64,000 bases of DNA, taken from positions 30,442,001 to 30,506,000 of the forward strand of contig JBHGNT010000001.1 in the NCBI GenBank assembly GCA_043228905.1, in the 5' to 3' direction. Source of the stretch: Azolla caroliniana. Taxonomy: Eukaryota > Plantae > Polypodiophyta. Each line of letters opens with the position of its first letter. Position 1 is the stretch's first letter. Below, piece after piece: positions 51,599 to 64,000 of this stretch. Made by a program: the position numbers and the translations under genes. The notes under the pieces were generated by a model that was not told where the DNA came from, ran no database searches, and saw nothing but the letters and a program-made list of their open reading frames with translations.

Positions 51599-52737
51599 CT
51601 GACTTGCTTTACTGACTGAAATTCCAGCTTGCTCTCCTCTTGTCGCAATTGTGTTCCTTCTATATCTGTTTCTAGACCACTTTTTGTGGTTACTATATCA
51701 ACTGCTTGTGAATTCACAGGAATAAGTGTTGCCTTTCTCCTTGCTTCATCCTTTGTCTTCATCTTCTTGCTTACTCTATGCAATATCTCTGTAGCAGAGA
51801 TGGTGAGGGCCTTTCCATTTACCGATACAGAAGTTGTTGATGATGGAGGAAGAAGAGGAGAAGAACATGAAGAAACAAGAAGATGAGGATGATTATCTCG
51901 ATCCTGGACTTGTACTCGATTCAAATAAGTAGAAGAAGCTCTAGCCATGCTTTTAATGCGGATGGGACGAACACCTTCTTCCAAAGACAGATGATTTTCT
52001 TTCTGATACATGCTTCCATTTCCGTTTCTGAGATTTTTCTCAGTGATCCTGAGCTGTTGAGAAAGATGCAAAATAAGCTCCCGATGAGAGCTCACACCAA
52101 AAGAATCCAAAGAAGTTCGACCAGACAAAGAGATTTCTCTATTTGAAGAAGCAAAATTTCCTTCAGCACAAAGAAAATCTTCTTTAGAGGAAGCAAAATC
52201 TCCTTTTGAATTTGCAAAAGCTGCTCCGGTTGAAGAAACAACCCCTTCTTTCAAAGAAGAAACAATTGCTTCTCCACTAGAAGATGGACGGTTATGCTGA
52301 TTCTGCTTCTGATACTTGTTCTCGTTCTCATTCTCGTTCTGATGATGAAGATGGCGATGGTGGTGATCTCGCTTGCGAGTAACTCTCTCCCTTTCACGTT
52401 CTCTTTCTCTGTCGAAAGTCTGGCGTCTGCTTCCTAAGCTTTCGTTGAAGATGGATTTGTTGATGATGAGGTCTCGAACGAGGTCTCTGAGTCGAGCAGG
52501 GACATCGCCACACAACCTAGCTATATTTCGGATCTCATCTTGACCTAGAAGGCGAAGGTCAAGGATCCTGACAGAAGCCATGGAAACAGGTTCTCCGTCT
52601 TCACCTTGGCCATCTTTTTCTTTCCCTTCTTCTTCTTCTTCCTCTTCTGCTTCTCCTTTCACCATCGTCGTCGACTTCTTCTCGGCCATAGCTACGTCAA
52701 TGTCTGCTCCCACAGATTTCTCCGTAACCATGTCCAT
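51599..52737 (-). CDS. MBD8-like protein, first exon
   Basis: ILDLRLLGQDEI..INKSIFNESLGSRRQTF matches the N-terminal DLRLLSQ..IDRSVFNESAGSRKQTF motif of plant MBD8-type proteins; probable donor AG|gtgtgt at ~51598. Confidence 0.75.
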
Positions 52738-54701
52738 CTTTGGGGAGACTCTGTCTGTGTGCGCGCGCGTGCGTCTCTCTCTTCTCTTCTCTTCTTTCTC
52801 TTCTCTTCTCTTCTAAAAGCTACAAATTTCTGAAAATCTTCACCCTTACAAAACAGAAACAAAAACTTGCACCCATACATAAATATACACATATATGTAT
52901 ATATACATACATATTGTATCAGTATGCATGTATGTATGTATGTATGTATGTATATATATTTTACATGAAAGCTTTCTTCATACCATCTTGGTAATGAGCA
53001 ATCTGGCATCGCAACACGTGACCACCGCCCGCCCATTTTGACACATACCCGAGCAATCCAATCACATACCACGACCCAACCCAACCCCCACCCATCCCTT
53101 CGGGACCTATCCGATATCTAGAATGCCTGTCAACTTGCAATTAGGGACCCCCATGGATCTGCATGTGTGATTGTCATCAGCCTGCATATGAGAACTACAT
53201 AAAACCCCGACACGCGTTCATAAGCTCCTGCTCCATCTAGGCCAATGTATGGGAATACCCGATGTCTCCAAGGCTTCAACATCTCGCTTCAAACTCAACA
53301 TATCTTGATGGTTAAAAAGACACAGACACCTTTGAACGGAGAGAAATAGGATTGGTTTCGAGTTCCTTATGCAATGATTGTTATTGATGTGCCACTACAA
53401 AAACTTTGATCATGGTGGTTTCATGTGAAATGCATATGTTTTTCATAAATGCAGTGAACAATCTTTAGTACTCTTCGATTTGTAACTAACTACAAACTTA
53501 TGTCCCTCCACCCATTCTCTTTGTTGTACAAAGCTTTGATCATTGTGGTGTCATGCAAAATGTGTGTGAAGCTGCCAAAGTTAACCTAACCCCAAATCAC
53601 ATGACCACTCGAATGCACCACGATAAACTAACTACAAATGTCATATGGGCCATACATTGTCAATGATATAGCTCTTATTGCATGATTTTCCATGCAACAC
53701 GATAAACTAAACCCAAATCTCATTTGGGCCATAATTTGGCAACAAAGTACGACATCACTTTGTTATACCCCTTCTCAATTGTCAATGTTGATGTTAATAT
53801 TATGCTATGATTCCTCACCATAATCTATTACCAAGCCACGATACATTGCCTTGATTACGTTTCACACTTAAGTTGTGATGTAAAATATCACAATCCACGA
53901 TAATATCCGCAAAGTTCGATTATAATATTCAGCTCACATCTTAATTTTGACTGAAGTTATGTCTCCTTATCAAGGTCATGTCACGGTTATTGTTAAGAGT
54001 CTCGTACTAATTGTTAAAACTCAACAAGATAGCCTAAACATGTAATGAGATGGTAAATAAACCTAGAGTAGCAAAAAAATATAAGCAGCGTAACAAACAT
54101 ACGCGGCGGAGTAAGGTTTTTTTGAGGTCCTTAATTTTGAGTCAGAGAGTCTAAATAATTCAACCACCAGGGAAGGCAGAGAGAAACGAAAGACACAGCG
54201 AGCCATATAATTAATAATACTTTCTCGAGAAATGGAAGAGGCCTCTCGGCTTGTGTGGCATTTCGGCCGCAAGGCCCAACATATGTACTTACTAACACAT
54301 ATATGAGTATTGAGGGGTGGGTGGGCGGGCGGACGGCCAATTATGTCCGGCCTACAAAGATGTTGGGAGGTCGGGATATGGGGCGATGGTCGGGGTTTTG
54401 TGTTGAGAGGCGCGGAGAAGGGGGCATATGTACATTATACATACATACATACATAATGAATTTGTAGAGATCAGAGCAGAACATAAAAAAAATTACACGG
54501 TCTCTCTCTCTCTCTCTCTCTCTCCATATTTCTCTCTTCCATTTGTCCCCCCCATCATTTGTTATGTGAAGTTTTGGAAGCCCTTACTGCGAAGGTGTAA
54601 TATACATACATATATAATCCCGTGAAGAAGAAACTATCGAAAAGAAAGACTCTACTACACTCGCCTGTGCAGAGAAAAAAAAGAAAGACTTCCAAGGTTC
54701 C

Positions 54702-57700
54702 ATGGCTCGTTTGGCAAATATATGCAGAAGATCTGTGAAGCTATTCCTTGCTTCTAGACCTCCCTCTTCATGTCTTTATGCCCACTTTTCTTCTTCTTCT
54801 TCTTCTTCTTCTTCTTCGTCTTCTTCCACTTTCTCTACTTCACAGTCGTGGAAAATTCATGGCTTTACTTTTCTCAAAAATTCGCAGTGGCTAGGTAATA
54901 TTTCCCTTTCCTTTTGTTGTTGGAACCTTTTTCTTCTTTTGTTATTTATTTTTATGCTTTGAGGTTTCGCATATGGAAATACGGACATTGTTGCTTATAT
55001 GTATTATATCATATATCTATGTTTTGTAGATTGTCACAATTCTGGATTACAAAGACGACTATTTTCGTCAGAGAACTCTCCAGAATCAAACAAAGAAACG
55101 TATGTATTCTCTTTACTGTTTCGTGAGAGTTGTCTTTATTTGGAAAGGGTGATTGGGGTTCTACTGAGGCAAGACGTGGACATGGGTTGGAATAATAATT
55201 TGCTTTTTTTGCACAGTTCAACTGGAAGCTAGCACTCACTATTTCATATAGTATCTAATTGCACATAATATTCAGGATTATATATCATAGATTGGCAGAT
55301 TCTATGACATTGTTACCTGTTGCCAAAACAAAGGGTTTTTCCATAATCTATACAAACTGACTTAATATCAGAACTGAAGGTCTCACTTTTGAGGTATTGG
55401 GGTGATTTGGGTATGCACACTACTTTAGTGTTTAATGGTAGTTGAAGGGAGTATTGATTTGGCGATTCTTTTATTCACATCCAGTAGAATTCTCTTCTTG
55501 GCAGGTTGTTCATCTTGGCTATTGCCACTTAAATTTGGCATTTCTTTGAAAGCTTGAACTATCTTTGAGGAATTTTCATAACTCATGTAGGATGTACTCA
55601 TATGCAAGACATTCCAAAGTGACACATTCTTTTGTTACTGGTAAAGTGAGGCAATATAGAGCGGGCGTTATATTTTTCTTCCCAATATTAAGCCAGCCCC
55701 TAATTCCTATTTTGATTGTCTGAGCGCATGTACATCAATGTGATGGCACATTGGGCTCACTTGGGAATGCATGTCTGGATTTTTGCTTGAGCATAAGCCA
55801 ACTGCCTATGGGAATTCTCAGAATGTTGATTTTAATGCAGCTGCATTAGTACTCAAACTTAGATCTATAGCAGACTTCTGTTCATTATTTTTGGAGGGCT
55901 GAGTAAAACATTGACTCGATGTCCCTTTCTTTCCTCTACCTGCACATCCAAGTATTCTTCATTATGCTATATTGCAAAACATTTCTGGATGTGTTTGATG
56001 TAGTTGATGTTGTTACAGTGGTAACAATCCTCTTTTTACTGCATTTGGAGGTGATTTCAAGTTGTTTTCTTTACTTTCTATATGTACATGCTAACTATTT
56101 AAAAGTCATCAAATTCTATTGGTCTCCTTCCTGTTTGTAGGAGAATTATGGAGTATGGGGTTGTGCTCTTAACCCCTAAATGACTGCATAGAAATTTCTC
56201 TGTATTTTCTCTATTTTATTCCATGAGCTTGATAACAAAGATTGCCAACTCCCCAAACATCAGTTCCATAGAGCAGAATTTCCACCAGACATACATCAAA
56301 TACTATTGCTCTTACCTCCAATCTTTGGGTTGTGTGCAAGCTGCACACATTCTCGATATCATAGTATTGGGTTGTTCTGGTTATCCTAGTTAGACACCTT
56401 ACAGGTAGGAAAGTTTTTACCACCATGACTTTGGTCGTAGCCACATTTACTGCTAGGCCACCGAGATCATGGAAAATATTTACCATATGTAAAAGCTTTG
56501 CAGTGTAGAAAATGTCCCAAAATTACAATAATCTCTTATCTGAGTAAATTAGAAACATTACCGGTCTTTACCTGAAGCATCCAATGGCTGGTCTTTCCTC
56601 ATGTTCTCGTACGCTGTCTTGTGTTAACTCTACAATAGACTAATACAATAGGTGAAGTAGGTGTTCTTGTTCTATTCCTAGAATTAGATTTTAAAACTCC
56701 AGGATATAAGTGTAAAAATGATAAAATAAGAAGATAAACAAGAAAAGGAAAATAAACTATGCACACAAATTGAAGGTTGAATTTCTACTGGGAAGCCAAA
56801 AATAGTTTCACTACCCATTAATGAACTACAAAGAGTTCACACCTTGTTTATATAAAGGTGACAAAAGTCAGGTATGTAGGGATACAAAATGTATGGGCAC
56901 CCTTTCCTGCCAAAGAAGCGATATTTAACGTTTAGATTTTTGTATATACAAGCATGCAATGAAAAAGAAAGAGAGAACAAATGCAGTTAATTAGAATTGC
57001 AGTTTTTGTGCGTGTCTAATGGTGTACATAGAACTCGGAAAGAAATGTTTTGTCATACAGGATTTCAGTAACTTTTGTGGATAAGGATGGTGTAGAAAAA
57101 ACCATTCAAGTACCAATTGGCATGTCGATGCTTGAAGCTGCCCATCAGAATGACATTGAACTGGAAGGTTCTCTTAATTTGCTTCTTTTCTTATTTTGAG
57201 GGGCTCTTTTAAATATAGCTCATCCCTTCTGTTTGGATGACTCTACAGGAGCTTGCGAAGGTTCACTTGCTTGTTCTACATGCCATGTGATCATCATGGT
57301 TTGTATGTTTATAAACATATTCTCTTGTTACAATCTATCTCATAAATTCATTACCTATTTTTTGAATTAAGTTTTTCAGATATTCAAAAAGTAGTAGCGT
57401 GGTCAAAACAAAACAATATAGATTCTTTGGATATAATATTGATTATCTTCCATCACCTTCATGACTGTATCAAGATAGGCGTGTCATTATAACTTGGTTA
57501 TTGCCTATGGATAGCTAAGGACTAGTAATTGGATTTGGAGGTTTTATATGCAACTATTAACTATTCGGAATTGAAACTTCTATGGAGAGAAACAAGAGAA
57601 AGAGATTAGGATATGTAGATCATAATGATCAATGGTAAATGATCACAGTTGATATAGTTTTAAGAAAAACTCAAAAAGAACTACGAATATAGTCTAGTCG

Positions 57701-58586
57701 AGAACGAATTCTAAAGGGACACCAGCAAAGCATAACAGAACCCAGAGGTTTTAAATAGAATGATCTGAATGATAGAAGAGGGCATCCCAATATCCAATGA
57801 GAACTAAATGTAGAGCTTAACAAAGGGCTTCAAACTTACCATCTGTAGGATTCAAGAAAACATAGATAAAAAAATTGTCTCAAAGACCTGATGAGAAAAT
57901 AACCAGAGTCCAAGCAAGCAGGGTGCACATATAAAAAGAACTGATGGAAAAACTCAGGGTTTTACTGAAGGATAACTGTATTATGCAGATCATGTTTCTG
58001 TACATTTCTATTAATCTGTTTGAAGATTGTATCAGCTTTGTTCAAGTTTGTTCCATTTCAAATCTCAATAATGCATGTGCAGGATGAAGCATATTACAAT
58101 AAACTTTCAGAACCTACAGATGAAGAGAATGATATGCTGGATCTTGCTTTTGGTTTGACAGAAACGTAAGTGATGATGTCTTGTTGAGATTTCTTACGTT
58201 CCCTCTCTTTTTGATTGTAGTGAGTTGGTTCTATATGTTCAAGGCAATCTGTGGTATGAATAATATGCTTTAGTGAAATTCTTATTTTTCAATGAACAAT
58301 TTTTTAGAGAAATTCTTGTTTTTCAATGAATGGTGTGTGTTTATACAGATTCTTATTTAATTGAATGAAGTGTGTTAATTTTTCTTTATGACAGTGACGT
58401 GTTGAGAAATACTTGTTTTTCAATGAATAATATGTTATAATAGAGAGTTTTTTGTTTTTCAATGAATGCAGGTCGCGTCTTGGTTGTCAAGTTGTAGCTG
58501 GACCTGAACTTGATGGTATCAGGCTTTTGTTGCCTTCAGCAACAAGGAATTTTGCTGTGGATGGTTATGTTCCTAAACCACATTAG
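54702..58586 (+). CDS. MFDX: Mitochondrial adrenodoxin-type 2Fe-2S ferredoxin
   Basis: Arg/Ser-rich presequence, [76 protein letters not shown]. Confidence 0.95.
56211..56500 (-). mobile_element. Degraded non-LTR (LINE) reverse transcriptase C-terminal fragment in a ferredoxin intron
   Basis: GLAVNVATTKVMVV and FDVCLVEILLYGTDVWG resemble LINE RT thumb-region motifs (GLxVNxxKTKVM; LLYGxEVWG). Confidence 0.6.
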
Positions 58587-61009
58587 AGCAAAGATGATGT
58601 ATGCAATGCAGTGTATCGTTATTCTCTATGCTGATTACAGGAGATATCTTGGGCAAAAAAATATTGAAGGGCTGCTAGTATATTGGTCAGTGGAGATACC
58701 CATTTGCAAGAGTTGTTTTTTTCCAAACATTATTGGCTACCTCAGCAACTATTATTCTACCAAAAGGCTCATATAGGGACATCATACATGTAAAATCATG
58801 TTTATGTTTTTTGGTTCTGGCACCACAGATTGATTTTTCTTCATTGATGTATCCATCAATAGAGTGAGTTTCTTTGGCTTGGTATAAACCACGGAGTTCT
58901 GTTTCTGTAACGGTAGAGAGTTTTGCAAATAAAAAACAACAATTTCTTTAGGAAAAGATGTCATTTATTTATTATTGGATTCTTCCCCATTTATATAGAT
59001 TATATCGATTCCCTCTCCACATTTTCTAGAATTTAACTCGTTATCTATCTTCAGTGACTTTTCAATCAAAAGTCCTTTCCATAATAAGAATGTTGTATCT
59101 ACTTTGCATGTCTCAAGTCCCCCGCCACAGTAAGCTTCTCACAACCAACCTACTTACATTTTTAAATGCCTTTAGACACGTCCATCTCACTAGGTGATGA
59201 GAAAAGAGTTTGCAAAGACGAATTGTGAAGGACATCAAAGAAAGCAGCAAATCAATGATACAGTATTCTTACTTACATCCTATTAATTTCTCACGTTAAT
59301 AATAACCAAGCATGAAATGGCCCAGTTAAGGTAAGGTTGTAGCACCTGAAATTGCCTACCCATATGTACGAAGAAGATACTGCACTAAATGACATCCAAT
59401 TGTGTCACACCACTTACATGAGAGTAAGGTTGCACTCTGACACTCCAACATGCTGAAAATCCCTGGATGGCAGAACATTGTTTTATGACGTTTGTTTAAG
59501 TAAAGTTTATGTGCACCATAACTATCTCATTCTAATCCAGGTAATGTATCCAATTCAGCTATTGGTTTTGCCTGCTGTTTTGAAAACATGCTTTCCCTGT
59601 CTATCTTTGATGATTTTCTAGTTTCGAGAACACTGCTGGTTTAATTGGTGGATCCAGAGCTTGTGCCAAAGAAAACAAAGGAAGAGTCAGTTCTCAACAA
59701 CAATAGTTCAGGTTCAAATGTGCATCCTGGGCTGGTGGTTTGTTGACATCAATGCTATAGGTGACTTGTTCAGGAGGCAGCTTTTTGGGCTAGCTGGTCT
59801 TTTTGACGGTTCTCTAACCTTCCACACCCTTGAGGAATAACCTAGTCATGTTATAGGGTCTCTTAAAGGAAAGTATATGGGTAGTTACTGGCAATGGCTC
59901 ACACATGTGAATGTGCACGTATGCATGCGCGCGCAAACACAGGTTTTGAGACTTCCTGAGCCAACATGCCTGCTGCTTTGTGATCTTATGCAGCAGCAAA
60001 AAGCCATTCTATTAATAAAAGTGGCGAGTCATGACTCAATGAACCACACGCAGAATATTATTTTTATTCATTACTCTCATCACTGAAACACCAGCCGAAA
60101 ATTACATGCACATTTTTTGAGACTTTTCCAGGCAACATGCTTCTATACTGCAGCAAAAATACATTGGCAATGACAGTGACGTTATTATTATGTTCTTTAT
60201 TCATTTCATGATTGAAGAACGACCCAAAAAATAAATAAATAAGAAATTCTTAGACATCAACTCCTACCCTGTCCTCAGATGTCCATCAACCAAATTCCAC
60301 AAACCACAGAATTTTCCAGGTAAAAACAACAAATTTCATTACAAAAATGCAATATTCTTTTTTCTCAGCAGCTCTTTCAGTGATTTGTCATAAAAAGCAA
60401 GGGTACTTCTAGAATTTGGTTTCAGTGATGATAGATATTTTTCCAGATGAAAATAAGTGATTGTTCTCATTTTCCCGGGTATGAAAAAAAGTGATTCTAA
60501 GTTTCCAATACAAAGTGCATACGAGGTGATTAAATCTGTTCTGGCAACACAGTGCTTATGATGTGTCATTATATCTGTTTAGAGGGCCTATGCATACCTC
60601 ACTTCAGCGAAATCTCAAAGCAAGCAATTAAATAACTTTTTTGCAAGGATGGCATTGAGCAAGCAATTAAATAACTTCATGGGGATTTCCAGCTCGTCAT
60701 CCACATACTAAGTTTGCAATTAATTAATAAAATCAACAATCCGTTCATTTCTAATTCAAATTCAACTTTCCATATACATAGTTCCATATACATACACTGT
60801 ATCAGAGGTTTTCAGGGAAGTACTTTCTTTTGCATGAAATATTCAGTAGGCATTTAGAGATTATTAACTTCACAATACACATTCTTGTGAAAGAAATGGA
60901 CAATGTATTGTTTTTATGCAAACTAATGATGTTATAACTGGAACTTCCATACAAATAGAGGTTGCATTTTGATTGAGATGCATCATTCTTATAATGGGAC
61001 AGTCATCAA

Positions 61010-63995
61010 TCAAACTACCCAGAATTTCATTCTTATTCCCATACTCAAGAGTTCTTGATAGAGGAGTTTGCAAGCATAGGGCATGGGAACTTGAACAATA
61101 TGTTTATAACTCTTGCATGAAGGACACCGCAAATCATATTGTTCTTTCCAAACCACAATATTGCACTCTTTACAAATGAAAATGATATAAGGATCACTTA
61201 AATCAAACAGTCTTTCTTTCAAATTTGCTGAAGCACCATGGGCAATCAAACAATCTCTTTCCATTTCACCAAACTTTACCCCGCCTTGTCTCTTTCTTCC
61301 AGGGACTGGTTGCATTGTGAAAGAATCCACACGACCCTTGCTTCTACATTTTACTTTATCTAAAGCCATGTGGACCAGCCTTTGATAGAAAACTGGCGCG
61401 ATTGATATCTTGTTTATTAGTTTCTCTCCTGTTCTTCCATTGAGCATAACTTCTTTCTCTCCCCCATATCTGCAAAATCAACTCAAGACATTGAATCGTC
61501 TGATGCATATGCTCATCTCTGAAAACCCCTCTAACAATGTAACTTGAGCAAACATGAAGCCATGTCACATGCTTAACATCCCTTTCCCCGTCACTTTTCA
61601 TGGGCTATGCATGTCACATGCTTGACTTGGGTAGTCCAGGTCCTAGAAAGACTGGGAGGAGGGGTACACTAATTTACTTGGTCCTATCAATTTCTCATGT
61701 TAATTTTAACCAAATGTGAAAAAAAATTCAATTAAAAATATCTTTGGAAATCTAGAAAATAGACTCTTGGTCCTACCAATTTCTCATGTTAATTTTAATC
61801 AAATGTGAAAAACAATTCAATTCAAAATATCTTTGGAAATCCAGAAAATAGACTCTTAATATAGATTTTTTGGGCAGCATGACCGGTTCCTTTGGAACGC
61901 ATTTAGAATGCACGGAGGGAGGGAATATACATAGAATATGCATTTGAATAATCTCCTGATCTCCATATAAACAAAAACTGATAAATATTAAAACCCCTTT
62001 AAGCATCTAGTTTCAAGTCTCTCCCTCGACACTAACAAGGTTAAGAGAATTTTCCAATTTCACATACTTAGAAGATCTACTATATAAATCTATCATAAAC
62101 TAGAAGGATTAGACTTAGCATATTACTCTTAGGGCATAATTGATTCCCTTTCACAAAGCAAAACGTTGAGAAAGGGACGGTATATAGAATAACGAGGATT
62201 TACCTTTGAATATCTCGTAAGAAGCTCTCGACGTCCATATCATTAAATGGGCCACCATCAACCCTTTGGCCACTTGCCACAGAAATCTTAGCAGCAATAC
62301 CTTCAGCCAGCTGTCCAACAGTTTGTCTGCTTGGAAATGCATGAGGATTTATTATAATATCTGGCACAATCCCTTGTGGCGTGAAAAACATATCCTCTTC
62401 ATCACATAAGAAACCAATAACCCCTTTTTGCCCATGTCGTGATGAGAACTTATCTCCATCCACAGGAACACGTGTGTCTCTCAATCTCACACGTGCAACT
62501 GGATTCTCTTCATCATCTGATGTCAATATCACTTGATCGACTATTCCTCTGTTGATTGCATTCAATCTGAAGCTCGACTCTTCCCATTCAGATGTCGATG
62601 ATTCTTTTAGACGATGTATTTTCGCGATCACGTCGTGAGGAAAGAATTTGTGTCCGATGATTGGGAGTCCACTATCATCGAGATTTATCTCTTTTGATCC
62701 TGGTTCTGATTTTAGAGAGAAATTTGCAAACTTTTCAGATTTTCCATCAATCTCAAAGTCCAGAGCCTGAAAATGTACAGATCTGAAGAGCCCACGATCA
62801 ATAGATGACCGGTTGATAATGATTGAATCCTCTTGATTATACCCATAGAAGGGGATGATTGCAACAATAGCATTCTGCCCATTATTAAGATCTTGTCTTT
62901 GTAAAACTTTTGACAATTTTGTCTCACATATTGGAGTTTGAGGATAGAACAACTGATGACTTATGGTGTCAGACCTTGTTGATAAGCATGTTGTATACAA
63001 GCCTATAGCTTGTTTCCCATGTTTTTGGGCCTGGTACATTACTCTATTATAAGCATTGTGGTTAAAAAAAGGAATAAGATTCGTTCCGAGAGAGAAAGAA
63101 AGGGATGGATGTATTTGACAATGTGTAAAGTGATTAACATTACACTTTTTTCTGGAATTTCTCACTTCTTTATAATCTTCAGCAACAATGCACCTCTCTT
63201 CTTCTTCTGGTCCCACAAGTTCAACTATTCCATTATGCAATAAATATGTATACACACACTGGCTATGAGACTTCAGCTGTTCCATTTGATGCAATGTTAT
63301 AGATGGGTAGTTATTCTCTATACAAATCAACGGTCTCACAAAACGTCCCCCGTCGCAAAAAATGTGTATTTCCTTTCTACATGGATCTTCAGCTATTTCA
63401 ACCTGGAAAAGAGAAGTAACAGGGTATAGATATATTTTCAAATCTGTTTGCATGAAAAGTTCATTTTTCTGAAAAAAACAAAGGCACCCTAGACGCTCTC
63501 CCAAGAAAGGATGAAGAGATACATACCAAGTTCAAATTAAATAACTCTAGTGGCGTAAATTACAATTGTTAATGTTCATTGCTATGATATGTATTCACAA
63601 ACCATTACAATAAGAGTCCAAAATTATACACAGAAAAAGACATAGTACATATGTTCTCATTATCTAGCAGAAGGAACTTTTACAAAAATAAAGGATCTAC
63701 CTCATGATGAATGCATGATTGCCGACGAAGGTTACGCAAGTTCTTGACTAATTTACTGTGATCATCATGCACTCCAACCCATTCTCCATTCAAGAAGACT
63801 CTTGTTAATGATCTCATAGAATGTGGTGCAACTTCCCTCAATTCTTGTGGACAATGAATACGCAAGATCTCTAGAAGAGGCAATGTTGATGTCTCGGAAG
63901 TAATTTCACATCCAATTGAAAGCATATTAATAAGACCAGAATTTTCAGTATCAGGAGTCTCCACCATGCAAACCCTCCCCATAGCATATGTGTTT
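61010..63995 (-). CDS. NRPD2/NRPE2-like: RNA polymerase second-largest subunit, Pol IV/V (NRPD2/NRPE2)-like, 5'-truncated by window
   Basis: Exons 63995-63701, 63402-62204 and 61469-61010. Motifs GYNQEDS, GDKFSSRHGQKG, PDIIINPHAFPSRQT, GGVKFGEMERDCLIAHGASANLKERLFDLSD, PYACKLLYQELLSMGI. AFPSRQT, ASANL.ERLF, QAQKH and the large exons favour the D2/E2 clade over NRPB2. Confidence 0.85.
61680..61857. repeat. 89-bp tandem duplication in a polymerase-gene intron
   Basis: ggtccta.caatttctcatgttaattttaa.caaatgtgaaaa...atatctttggaaatc.agaaaatagactctt occurs twice. Confidence 0.9.
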
Positions 63996-64000
63996 CTACA

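Overview
AT-rich, intron-rich eukaryotic nuclear DNA from a land plant. A seed-free lineage such as a fern is my inference from gene content and is not proven. Genes recovered by manual exon reading: plastid N-acetylglutamate synthase (+, ~2.2-11.9 kb), DIS3-family exoribonuclease with DIS3L/DIS3L1-type signatures (-, 14.2-30.7 kb), parvulin PIN4/Par14-type PPIase (+), eIF3i (+), an MBD8-like/C2H2 zinc-finger locus whose middle looks decayed (-), mitochondrial adrenodoxin-type ferredoxin (+), and the 3' part of a divergent Pol IV/V second-largest-subunit-like gene (-). The most striking structure is in the 5.3-kb third intron of NAGS. It holds an intact, intronless 1096-codon DUF2921-type membrane protein gene on the same strand, bracketed by ~230-bp inverted repeats of about 95% identity. 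A duplicated copy of the downstream NAGS splice acceptor/exon start, inactivated by AG->AT, lies just outside the left repeat. Also present are an hAT-type MITE with an 8-bp TSD, a self-nesting short repeat family, Ulp1, gypsy and LINE remnants, and several tandem duplications of splice junctions. All alignments were done by eye and no database searches were run.
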